Below are positions 20,560 through 29,276 of a DNA stretch of 64,000 nt, one piece after another. Source of the DNA: Cytobacillus sp. (GTDB lineage: Bacteria; Bacillota; Bacilli; Bacillales; Cytobacillaceae); NCBI RefSeq assembly GCF_032154635.1, contig NZ_JALDXW010000008.1, forward strand, positions 55,568 through 119,567. The letters are read 5' to 3'. Both the position numbers and the translations under genes were made by a program. A model generated the notes under the pieces. It had not been told where the DNA came from. It did no database searches and saw nothing but the letters and a program-made list of their open reading frames with translations. Position 1 is the first letter of the stretch; every line of letters begins with the position of its first letter.

Positions 20560-21792
20560 TCATCTACAAGAAGATTCGTTATTACTGTTCTGAAAATATG
20601 AAAGCCAAAGAATGAGAATCCCCAATAACAGTAAGCTACTTGCTAATAAAAGGCCACCTGTATCAAAGGTCAATCTCGGAAAATCAAGCCATTTAAGAAG
20701 TCCTTGACCGAATAACAGCATTTCATTCAGTATGAATCCTGCAATAAATATTGCAAAGCCGAGAACAGATAGGCATTTAGATGTGATTATATTCATCATC
20801 TGATATTGGGCTACTATAAAAATACTAACAAAACCTAATAATGTAAAATGTAAATATCCAACAACAATACTTCTCGTATCATATATTACATTTGCTAATG
20901 TAGGCGATAGTAATCCTAGCTCCATTGTACTTTTAAAAAACAACAACAAAAAGGTTATGTAAAGACAAGTTATTGTAAATTTTGATACATGACTAGCAAG
21001 TTCTTTCCAAATGGCTTTAAAGGCAAGCAGGGTAAAAACAACTCCAATCCATTGTCCTATAACGCCAAAAGCTGCCAGACTCATACTCAATACGCCTAAA
21101 TCCACCCACAAAATACTTGAAAAATAGCTGGGGAATAGAGAAATAATATAGATCCAAAATCCATAGCTAATGAAAGTGCTTCGGATTAAAATTCCTTTCG
21201 AATGGACAAGAATAATAAACATACCGACTAAAAATAAATAAAGCCATCCATTATATTGAAAATGCAAATAAAAATAAATCGCAACATCAAAGAATATCGA
21301 ATCTTTCATTCCGTTTGCCGAGATATACCCAAGTGAAAAGGGCCCAAAAGATGAGATAACTAAGCTTACTAATGAGGCTTTGATAAATAATAGCCCAGAC
21401 TTTGGCACTTCATTCTGAATTTTTAATTGCCTTATAATAAATACCGCTGCCCAATACTCTACAAAAATATGGATACTAGACATAACGATAGAAATGATGC
21501 CATACCCTTGGTATAAGAATGCGGCAAACATCAATAGGGATGTCAAAAATAACATCATGGTCAGTGCGATTGCCTGATTCCTCTGCCTAATCGTACGCCA
21601 ATATACAGACAAGAAAATAATATAAGCACCCAAAAATGCCCATCCTAGAATAGCTAAATGGGAATGCCCGTGAAGCACATTTATATACGGAATCGAAGTA
21701 GTCGGATTAAATGGAGAAAAACGCATCCATACACCTGACAAAGCTGTTAGCGTAAAAAAGATGAAGGTAAAATGAACGAATAATCTTGGCAC
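20560..21792 (-). CDS. 410-aa polytopic membrane protein built from three ~135-aa repeats with a conserved His motif; family not recognised
   Basis: H-[LF]-x3-G-[WF] at residues 45-51 (HLAILGW), 177-183 (HFQYNGW) and 315-321 (HFTLLGF). GTG start sits 9 nt after an AAGGAG that overlaps the stop of the upstream gene. Confidence 0.7.
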   Translation of the reverse strand: MPRLFVHFTFIFFTLTALSGVWMRFSPFNPTTSIPYINVLHGHSHLAILGWAFLGAYIIFLSVYWRTIRQRNQAIALTMMLFLTSLLMFAAFLYQGYGIISIVMSSIHIFVEYWAAVFIIRQLKIQNEVPKSGLLFIKASLVSLVISSFGPFSLGYISANGMKDSIFFDVAIYFYLHFQYNGWLYLFLVGMFIILVHSKGILIRSTFISYGFWIYIISLFPSYFSSILWVDLGVLSMSLAAFGVIGQWIGVVFTLLAFKAIWKELASHVSKFTITCLYITFLLLFFKSTMELGLLSPTLANVIYDTRSIVVGYLHFTLLGFVSIFIVAQYQMMNIITSKCLSVLGFAIFIAGFILNEMLLFGQGLLKWLDFPRLTFDTGGLLLASSLLLLGILILWLSYFQNSNNESSCR

Positions 21793-21798
21793 TGCTCT

Positions 21799-22089
21799 CT
21801 ACTCCTTAATATTGTTACTTGCGATATGTTTAAGCCTTACTAAGAGTTCATCCGAATTTTCCGCTGCAATGAATTCACCGTCTACAATCGCATAGGGGGA
21901 TTTCTTGCATTGCTCACATTTGCTTTGACAGCTGTATTCCTTATATTGAATATGATTCTGATTCAGGAAACGCTCATAATCAGAGCTATTTTCTTCGGTT
22001 AAAAACCGATCTAGATTTTTTTCACAAAAATCAATTTGTACCTTTTTTTGTTTTGAAAATAATTTACTCAATCTTTTCATAGCAGTCAC
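21799..22089 (-). CDS. DUF1450 (YuzB-like) small Cys-motif protein
   Basis: IDFCEKNL...YSCQSKCEQCKKSPYAIVDGEFIAAENSDELL matches the family pattern as recalled. Confidence 0.65.
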   Translation of the reverse strand: MTAMKRLSKLFSKQKKVQIDFCEKNLDRFLTEENSSDYERFLNQNHIQYKEYSCQSKCEQCKKSPYAIVDGEFIAAENSDELLVRLKHIASNNIKE

Positions 22090-22256
22090 ATTCCTTATTA
22101 AGTTGGAATCTTTTTATAAACCATATAATTATTAACTTCATTAAATATATCTCTAAAATAATTAAGCAATCAAATATTTCGTTTTTCTAAGACACTTAAA
22201 TTTACAATAAAGTTCAATAATTTCACATAAAGTTCAGAATTTCAACTTTCCTGTGC

Positions 22257-22289
22257 AAAAAATGGCGCTTATCCGTTACGGATAGCGCC
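22257..22289 (-). terminator. Intrinsic terminator after the shortened permease gene
   Basis: GGCGCTATCCGT/ACGGATAAGCGCC stem followed by U6 on the minus strand. Confidence 0.75.
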
Positions 22290-22292
22290 TGA

Positions 22293-23033
22293 TTAAAATG
22301 GAAAAAATAATGGTATAATAAACATCATTACAATGAACATGACTATTTGTAAGGGAATTCCTATCTTTAAAAAGTCACTGAATTTATATCCTCCCGCAGT
22401 CATGACCATTGCATTTGTTGGTGAGGCAACAGGAGTTGCAAACGCCATGCTCGCTGCAGCCGCAACCGTTATTAAGAATGGATAGGGGCTAACCCCGATA
22501 TTCATCGCAATTGGAGCAAATAACACCGCAGTTGCCGTATTACTAATAAATTGGCCGAAAACCATTGTAATTAAATATATACCAGCTAACACACCTAATG
22601 GTCCATACCCGCCAGCTACATCTATGATTCCTTCTGAAAGAACCACCATTCCCCCTGTTTTTTCTAATGCCGTTGCTACAGGCAGCATAATGGCTACCGT
22701 CCCCGTGTTGCTCATAAAGGCGCCCACTCCAGCAACAATAACTAGCAAGAGAAAAAATAACTTTTTCTCACTATTACCTGTCCAGCGCAATAGCAAATTG
22801 CTTGCCTTACGTGCAAGTCCTGTACGAAGAATGCCCGCTCCTACAACAAATAATGCAGCAATCATAATCACAACTGAATTCGAAAAGCCTGCCAGTGCTT
22901 CTGCCGGATCTAAGATACCTGTCATAACAAATGCAAGCAATGCAATAAGGCTAACTAAATCTGCACGTACACGATTACTCATAAAAAGAAAGATTGTAAG
23001 ACCTAAAATGACAAATGTTAATATAAGCTGCAT
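22293..23033 (-). CDS. SLC13/DASS-type (YfbS-like) anion permease with a large in-frame internal deletion (246 aa versus about 600 expected)
   Basis: Residues 1 to about 122 match the N-terminal scaffold and first SNT hairpin (FMSNTGTVAIMLPV). From about residue 123 it continues directly into the C-terminal part (EKTGG...FISNTATAVLFAPI...ATPVASPTNAMV). The middle TM segments and TrkA-C domains are absent. Confidence 0.6.
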   Translation of the reverse strand: MQLILTFVILGLTIFLFMSNRVRADLVSLIALLAFVMTGILDPAEALAGFSNSVVIMIAALFVVGAGILRTGLARKASNLLLRWTGNSEKKLFFLLLVIVAGVGAFMSNTGTVAIMLPVATALEKTGGMVVLSEGIIDVAGGYGPLGVLAGIYLITMVFGQFISNTATAVLFAPIAMNIGVSPYPFLITVAAAASMAFATPVASPTNAMVMTAGGYKFSDFLKIGIPLQIVMFIVMMFIIPLFFPF

Positions 23034-23266
23034 TTAATAAGCAAACCCTTTCTGTTGAAATCATCTGATGATTAGGCTGCTGTACTTCCATTCTCCAATC
23101 TATTTCATTATAAATATTGTTCTCAAGAAAATCATTTTGCTACTGTAAAGTTCATAAATTGTATACAAACGTCTTCTAACTATGTATATGGGCAAAGAAA
23201 ACCATCATTGTAAAGAATGGCCGTTAGTAATGTTACATCAACGGCCATTCTTTTGAAATTCTTTAA

Positions 23267-23584
23267 TTATCCCATACCAAGATGGTTGTTTTCTTCAGAA
23301 GAAACTTCCATTGTACGTATTTCATAGCTTTCCAATCCTGATGTGATAAATGGATCGGATTCAGCTATTGCTTTTGCTTCTTCCATTGATTCTGCTCGAA
23401 TAACAACCATTCCACCTTTATAGTCAAGAAAAGGGCCGCACAGCACTAACTGATTCTTTTCCTCCAGTTTCCTTAAGAATGAAATATGTTTATGGATGAC
23501 TGGTTCAGTTAGCTTTTTCCCATGATTAATAGTTAATAATATAACATAAAGAACATCACTTTTTTTATAAGTGCTGCTTTCCAT
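23267..23584 (-). CDS. YciI family protein
   Basis: 105 aa with the LVLCGPFLDYKGGMVVIRAESMEEAKAIAESDPF core. Confidence 0.75.
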   Translation of the reverse strand: MESSTYKKSDVLYVILLTINHGKKLTEPVIHKHISFLRKLEEKNQLVLCGPFLDYKGGMVVIRAESMEEAKAIAESDPFITSGLESYEIRTMEVSSEENNHLGMG

Positions 23585-23631
23585 ACGATTACCTCCTTCT
23601 AATTTAAGTTTTATTACATGGGTAAACTACT

Positions 23632-23834
23632 CTAGTTCAATTTAATAATTCTTTGATCTGAGCTTCCACGGAACGGCAGTGTAATATCTCTTTTCTCTAT
23701 TATAAAGGGTCCGCACACTAATGCATCACAATATTCCAACAATTCCTCGACATGTTTTGAGTTATCAGCATTTGCAGTTACGGGTACAGCTCTGGCTTCT
23801 CACCAGATTCCCTTACCAGCACTTGAAAGAGCAC
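23632..23834 (-). pseudogene. Frameshifted remnant of a second yciI-like gene
   Basis: Frame a reads VLFQVLVRESGEKPELYP-stop. An overlapping second frame reads ...NSKHVEELLEYCDALVCGPFIIEKRDITLPFRG.. The intact neighbour has VLYVILLTINHGKKLTE...HKHISFLRKLEEKNQLVLCGPF. Confidence 0.4.
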
Positions 23835-24022
23835 ATTATTTACCAGGTTGGCACTATATGTAGTATTTTATCTATAACAAAATACAATTTATCGTATTTT
23901 CATCTTAATTATTAAATTGAACTGTCTTTATTTTGACAATAGTTATCTTAAACGTAAGAAAAAAAAGAAGAGTAAGATCAGTACCATACCAATTTTCCTC
24001 TTCTCGTTCATCACTTATTCTC

Positions 24023-25501
24023 TTAATTAAATGATTTCTTAATATTTTCTGCACTCTCTGCTGTTTGTTGGATATATTCTGCAATTAAACGATTATCTGC
24101 AGTTATTGTTTCAATTGAGGCATTTACTTGCTGCAAACTTGCTGTTGCTTCCTCGATAATTGCTGCGAAATCATTAGTAGATGATTCAACATTTTCACTG
24201 TTTCTTCCTACGTCTTTAGATAGAGCATCAAATTCTTGGAACTTTTTGTTTACTTTTTTCAGCATCATATTTAGTTCAGAAAATTTCTCTTCCACTTCTC
24301 TAGTTGATTCCACACTTTGGTTTAAATTCACACTGCTTGCTTTCATATTTCCTTGGGCTAACTCATTAGTCTTGTTAACATCAATAAGGTTTTCAGTAAT
24401 TTTAATAGTGATTCCTTTCGTTGTATCAGCTAACTTTCTTATTTCTTCTGCTACAACGGAGAATCCTTTCCCAGCTTCACCTGCTCGCGCAGCCTCAATG
24501 GAAGCGTTTAATGCTAATAAATTCGTTTGCTCTGTAATTTGCTGAATTTGAAGGGCAAATTGATTTGTTTCTTCAATTTTTTGAGTTAGTGTTATAAAGT
24601 TATCATTAAGCTCCCTAATAACAGTTTGCAAATTATCCATCTCATTCATAAGTTGCTTCGCTTTCGTTTGACCTTCTTCAGCCGCATTACTAGATTGAAC
24701 AGATTCTTCAATAAGTTCCTTTGTTGATCTGTTCATTTCATTTAAAACCATTAAATTATTATGTGCATTGCTAGCAATGCCTGAAATTTGTTCACTTTGT
24801 ATCTGGCTTCCTGATGAAACTTCACTTATGGCAATCCTTATTTCATCTTGTGAAGCAACACTAAATTGAATTTTTTCATTCACTTTACTTAAACTTTCCG
24901 CAATAGTCAGCAGCTCTTTTTCGAGCTTTACTTTTTGTTCTTCCTTGGATTTTGAATTTGCTTCTTCTTGATCCATATATTCTTGAAGCTTTTTGTACTG
25001 CTGATCATTTAGATGAATTAATACACTTAAAAGGACCGTTGATAGCAAATATATTAATAGAAATGATGCAAATTCGTCTTTCAAATAAGCGTATGTGTCT
25101 TCTGGAAAAAAGCTATTATAGGAAAGGATAATTACCCCGAAAACAAAACCGATTCCAAAGATTTTTTTATTAAATGGAACAGCAGCAAAGATAGTAAAGA
25201 AAAATACACTTATAACACCCGCAAGATTGCCATCTGCAAAAAAGGTCGTAATCAACATACATGCGTTCATTCCTATGACTATTACATAGGGAAATAAATA
25301 CTCTTTCTTACTTTTATTCGTCCAAACATATACTATTGGATAGATAATTACTTGAAGTAGATTAAGTATACTCATTATAGATTTTGGATCTAATGCGAGC
25401 ATACTGACTAACCCAATACCTGTTGATATCAAGTATATGATTAGCATTAGTTTGTTTTTATTTTTCAAATCCAATAATTTTAATTGTTCGATTGCATTCA
25501 T
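24023..25501 (-). CDS. Methyl-accepting chemotaxis protein with a six-TM membrane-embedded N-terminal module and no evident HAMP or periplasmic domain
   Basis: [28 protein letters not shown] hairpin. Residues 1-165 form six hydrophobic helices with short loops. Confidence 0.88.
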   Translation of the reverse strand: MNAIEQLKLLDLKNKNKLMLIIYLISTGIGLVSMLALDPKSIMSILNLLQVIIYPIVYVWTNKSKKEYLFPYVIVIGMNACMLITTFFADGNLAGVISVFFFTIFAAVPFNKKIFGIGFVFGVIILSYNSFFPEDTYAYLKDEFASFLLIYLLSTVLLSVLIHLNDQQYKKLQEYMDQEEANSKSKEEQKVKLEKELLTIAESLSKVNEKIQFSVASQDEIRIAISEVSSGSQIQSEQISGIASNAHNNLMVLNEMNRSTKELIEESVQSSNAAEEGQTKAKQLMNEMDNLQTVIRELNDNFITLTQKIEETNQFALQIQQITEQTNLLALNASIEAARAGEAGKGFSVVAEEIRKLADTTKGITIKITENLIDVNKTNELAQGNMKASSVNLNQSVESTREVEEKFSELNMMLKKVNKKFQEFDALSKDVGRNSENVESSTNDFAAIIEEATASLQQVNASIETITADNRLIAEYIQQTAESAENIKKSFN

Positions 25502-25640
25502 ATTGTTCCCCCGATAGAAAATTATAACTTTTTTATATTATCGGCTTTTTTAAGAGTTTTTCGACATTAATTTTTAAAATAGATTATTTTATTTAACTAG
25601 CTCACCAATACTAAAAACATGGGCTGGGGTAAATCTTAAC

Positions 25641-26618
25641 TTAATTTACATGTATAACTATTTTTCCTATATTCCTATTTGCCTCCATATGTTTATGCGC
25701 ATGTTGGATGTCTGCAAATGGGAAAATTCGATCTACTATTGGTTTAATTTTATTTTGATTAAATAAAGGGATTGCCCTATTTACAAATTCCTCTGTTAAC
25801 TTTTTTTTATACTCATCACTTCTAGGTGTTAGTAATGTAGCTTTTAATTGAGCTCTTTTTACAAGCAGCTCCATTAAATTTACTTTTTCTACGACAGTCC
25901 CTCCTAATATCCCAATTAATACCCAGCGGCCATCTGTTCTTAAACTTTGTAAATTTTTCTCCCAATAGGAAGCCCCAATGAAATCCAAAATCACATCTAC
26001 ACCCTGGTTGTTTGTTGTTTTTAATACCTCGTCAGCAAATGAATGTTCCTTATAATTGATGCAAATATCTGCCCCAAGAGAACGACAGAAATCTACCTTT
26101 TCTTGTGAACCAGCTGTTGTAATAATTTTTGCATTAGTCATTTGTTTAGCAAGCTGAATGGCTGCCGTTCCTACCCCGCTTGCCCCAGCATGAATGAGTA
26201 CTGTATCTTGGTCAGTTAATTCTCCTAACCAAAATAGTGTTTGATACGCAGTTAAGAAAACTTCTGGAATAGCTGCAGCTTCTTCAAATGAGAGGTGATC
26301 AGGAATTCTCATAGCTCTGTCTGCTGGCATAACAACGTATTCCGCATATCCGCCTCCATTAACAAGCCCCATCACACGTGCTCCTATCTCGATTTCTGTG
26401 CCGCTTGCAGCATCCACAACTTCTCCAGCCACTTCAATTCCTAAAATCGGATTGCTTAAGTAGCCAGACTTCCCTTCTCTTGAAATAATATCTGTACGAT
26501 TAATTGCTGATCCCTTAACCTTTATTAAAAGTTCTCCTGATTTTACTCTTGGCATTGTAGTATCCTGAAATTGTAATTGCTCTGCTCCTCCAGGTTGGTT
26601 GACAATGACAGCTTTCAT
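25641..26618 (-). CDS. NAD(P)H:quinone oxidoreductase (zinc-type ADH superfamily, Qor/PIG3-like)
   Basis: MKAVIVNQPGG..., GASGVGTAAIQLAK Rossmann motif. ATG at 26618 is preceded by AAGGGGA. Confidence 0.85.
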   Translation of the reverse strand: MKAVIVNQPGGAEQLQFQDTTMPRVKSGELLIKVKGSAINRTDIISREGKSGYLSNPILGIEVAGEVVDAASGTEIEIGARVMGLVNGGGYAEYVVMPADRAMRIPDHLSFEEAAAIPEVFLTAYQTLFWLGELTDQDTVLIHAGASGVGTAAIQLAKQMTNAKIITTAGSQEKVDFCRSLGADICINYKEHSFADEVLKTTNNQGVDVILDFIGASYWEKNLQSLRTDGRWVLIGILGGTVVEKVNLMELLVKRAQLKATLLTPRSDEYKKKLTEEFVNRAIPLFNQNKIKPIVDRIFPFADIQHAHKHMEANRNIGKIVIHVN

Positions 26619-26651
26619 TTTTCTATCCCCTTTTTTCATATAATAATTGCT

Positions 26652-26669
26652 GTATGTTCTAAAACATAC
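26652..26669. promoter_or_regulatory. Perfect 7-4-7 palindrome upstream of the qor-like gene (candidate operator)
   Basis: GTATGTT-CTAA-AACATAC. Confidence 0.3.
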
Positions 26670-26883
26670 TATAAACGTTATTTACATTACATGCAGAATA
26701 ATAGTTTTAGTACCTGTCTTTATCCATCCTCCACGAAGAATTTTAAGGATGCATAAAAAAGAACACTATATGGCAGCACAGTGTTCTATCTCCATTTTAT
26801 AAGCTTGAGTTTGGGTAATTATTTATATTTTTTCCTATTAGGGAGATATTATTCCTAGAAGTATGGTATAGGAGGTTGTTGAA

Positions 26884-27888
26884 ATGGAGGATAAATTAAA
26901 GATTCGATTAACAGCTGCGGAAATGTCTAGCTTATGGACCCAATTTATAAATGATACACTAGCAGTTTGTGTAAGCACTTTCTTCCTAGAGAAGGTTGAG
27001 GATCAGGAAGTACGCCCAATAATTGAAGAGACATTGAATTCAGCCAAAAACAATCTTTCAATAATGAGTGACATTTTTATTAAAGAAAAATTCCCTATAC
27101 CGATAGGGTTTACGGATCAAGATGTACATCCTCAAGCCCCAAGACTCTTTTCCGATACTTTTGTACTCATGTATTTACGACAAATGTCTATTCTTGCAAT
27201 GGCCGCAAGCAGTGGGGCACTCGGACTGGCAACTCGCCCCGATGTAGTTAGTTTTCATAAAATGGTATTAAATGAAGGAATTAACTTGCAGGATAAAACA
27301 CGAGAGTTAATGTTAAAACAAGGTACCTATGTACGACCTCCTTATATTTCAACTCCTGACAAAGTTGATTTTGTAGAAAAGCAACAGTTTTTGACTGGTT
27401 TTTTTGGAAAGAAGAGAGCGATTACTTCGGTCGAAGCCACTCATTTATTTTTAAATGTTCAAACGAATGCCGTTGGAAAAGCACTTATAACGGGATTTGC
27501 TCAGACTGCAAAGACTGAAGATGTTAAACAATATTTATTAAGAGGGAAAAAGCTCTCGCAAAAATATATAGATACCTTCACAAATTTGTTAATAAAAGAG
27601 GACTTGCCTGCCCCAATGAGTTGGGATTCGGCAGTAACAGATAGTACAATAAGTGTTTTTTCGGATAAGTTAATCATGTTTCATATAACAGCGATGATTG
27701 CAGCAGGAATCGGGAATTTTGGAATGGCATTGGCAGCAAGTCCAAGAAGAGATATCGGATTGAAATATGCGTCATTAATCCCGGAAATTTCATTGTACGC
27801 TGAAGATGGAGCAAATATTATGATTAGACATGGATGGTTGGAGGAACCTCCACAGGCAGATGATCGAGATTATTTGGCAAAGGGTTAA
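26884..27888 (+). CDS. DUF3231 family protein (two-domain form)
   Basis: LTAAEMSSLWTQFINDT... N-terminus and an internal repeat. Family recalled from memory. Confidence 0.65.
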   Translation: MEDKLKIRLTAAEMSSLWTQFINDTLAVCVSTFFLEKVEDQEVRPIIEETLNSAKNNLSIMSDIFIKEKFPIPIGFTDQDVHPQAPRLFSDTFVLMYLRQMSILAMAASSGALGLATRPDVVSFHKMVLNEGINLQDKTRELMLKQGTYVRPPYISTPDKVDFVEKQQFLTGFFGKKRAITSVEATHLFLNVQTNAVGKALITGFAQTAKTEDVKQYLLRGKKLSQKYIDTFTNLLIKEDLPAPMSWDSAVTDSTISVFSDKLIMFHITAMIAAGIGNFGMALAASPRRDIGLKYASLIPEISLYAEDGANIMIRHGWLEEPPQADDRDYLAKG

Positions 27889-27971
27889 GAGATGAGATGC
27901 CGTGCCTTTCGGTTTAAGTCACTAATACTAAGGGAAGCTATCTATGTAGTAAATAAAGGAGGGTACTGTTA

Positions 27972-28829
27972 ATGGATAAAGAAATGAATTATGGAAGTGA
28001 TTATAAATTTATTCCCGCTACTTCCATCGGAAGCGGGATTAGTATTCAAGTATTGCCTGATTTATTTTGTCATACAGTTCAAATTGTTAATATTTATTTG
28101 GTAGGAAACCCAGAAACAAACGATTTTGTGTTAGTAGATGCTGGAATGCCTCATTCAGCAAATGAAATCATTGATGTAACTGAAAAATATTTTGGAGTAA
28201 ATAGTCGCCCTAAGGCCATTATCTTAACACACGGTCATTTTGACCATGTTGGTGCTATTGTAGAATTGATTGAGCATTGGGAGATGCCTGTTTATGCACA
28301 TGAATTAGAAATTCCGTTTTTAACCGGACAAAAGAGTTATCCCGAACCAGATCCAACTGTTGAAGGTGGAATGGTTGCAAAAATGTCTCCTATTTTCCCA
28401 AATGAACCCATTAATATTGGAAGACATGTAGAAAAACTGCCTTCTAATGGTTCTGTTCCGTCAATGCCAGGTTTTCGTTGGATCCATACGCCTGGACATA
28501 CTCCTGGACATATTTCATTATTCAGAGAAAAAGACGGAGCCTTGATTGCAGGGGACGCATTTGTAACAGTTAAACAAGATTCACTTTATAAAGTATTAAC
28601 ACAAGAGCAAGAAATAAACGGACCGCCAAGATATCTTACAACTGACTGGAAGGCTTCTAAAGAATCAGTTGAGAAATTAGCTTCTTTAAAACCTGAAGTT
28701 GCAGTTACTGGACATGGTTTGCCAATGAGTGGTGAATTATTATCAGAAAGCCTAGCAAAGTTAGTTCGTGACTTTGATAAAATAGCTGTTCCTGACTTTG
28801 GGAAATATATTGATAAAAATATCCATTAG
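27972..28829 (+). CDS. MBL-fold metallo-hydrolase
   Basis: ILTHGHFDHVG, HTPGHTPGH. GGAGGG SD. Confidence 0.85.
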   Translation: MDKEMNYGSDYKFIPATSIGSGISIQVLPDLFCHTVQIVNIYLVGNPETNDFVLVDAGMPHSANEIIDVTEKYFGVNSRPKAIILTHGHFDHVGAIVELIEHWEMPVYAHELEIPFLTGQKSYPEPDPTVEGGMVAKMSPIFPNEPINIGRHVEKLPSNGSVPSMPGFRWIHTPGHTPGHISLFREKDGALIAGDAFVTVKQDSLYKVLTQEQEINGPPRYLTTDWKASKESVEKLASLKPEVAVTGHGLPMSGELLSESLAKLVRDFDKIAVPDFGKYIDKNIH

Positions 28830-28935
28830 TAAGGAAAAATGTTGTCAAAATTTATAGATTGGCTTATAATCATAAAAGTACAAAATGTAGTATTAGATTT
28901 CCAACAATACTACAATATACAGTGATAAACCTGTA

Positions 28936-29222
28936 AATATGGTGTCTGTAAAGACTTAATAGGGAATCTGGTGTAAATCCAGAACTGTTCCCGCAACTGT
29001 AAGTGCTGACGAAATAAGAAAGCCACTGTCCATTGGGATGGGAAGGACTTAAAGTAGGGCAAAGCACGAGTCAGGAGACCTGCCATATTTATTACGTGTT
29101 ATCTTCTTCGGGAGCTGGGAAGATAGAACGAGGGTATTTTGATAGACCTTTTATCTTGTCTATGATCATATCAACGTTTGTTAAACCCATCCTCTTTTTT
29201 AGAGCGATGGGTTTTTATTTTC
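28936..29222 (+). promoter_or_regulatory. Cobalamin (B12) riboswitch with intrinsic terminator
   Basis: AATAGGGAATCTGGTGTAAATCCAGAACTGTTCCCGCAACTGTAA ... GCCACTG ... GGGAAGG ... B12 box AGTCAGGAGACCTGCC (aptamer about 28936..29089). Terminator AAACCCATCCTCT/AGAGCGATGGGTTT plus U-run at 29183..29222. Confidence 0.85.
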
Positions 29223-29276
29223 CCCCCTTTTTTACAAAAGTTGAAAACAAATAAACTGAAAGGGGAATAATTTTTT

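Noticed and set aside
25512-25548. Hairpin CCGATA...TATCGG followed by CTTTTTT on the + strand
   Set aside because: The loop is large (about 23 nt), the stem is short, and there is no + strand gene to terminate. It is probably incidental or part of the MCP leader.
28870-29254. 65-aa and 73-aa ORFs upstream of nrdE
   Set aside because: They overlap the cobalamin riboswitch aptamer and its terminator.
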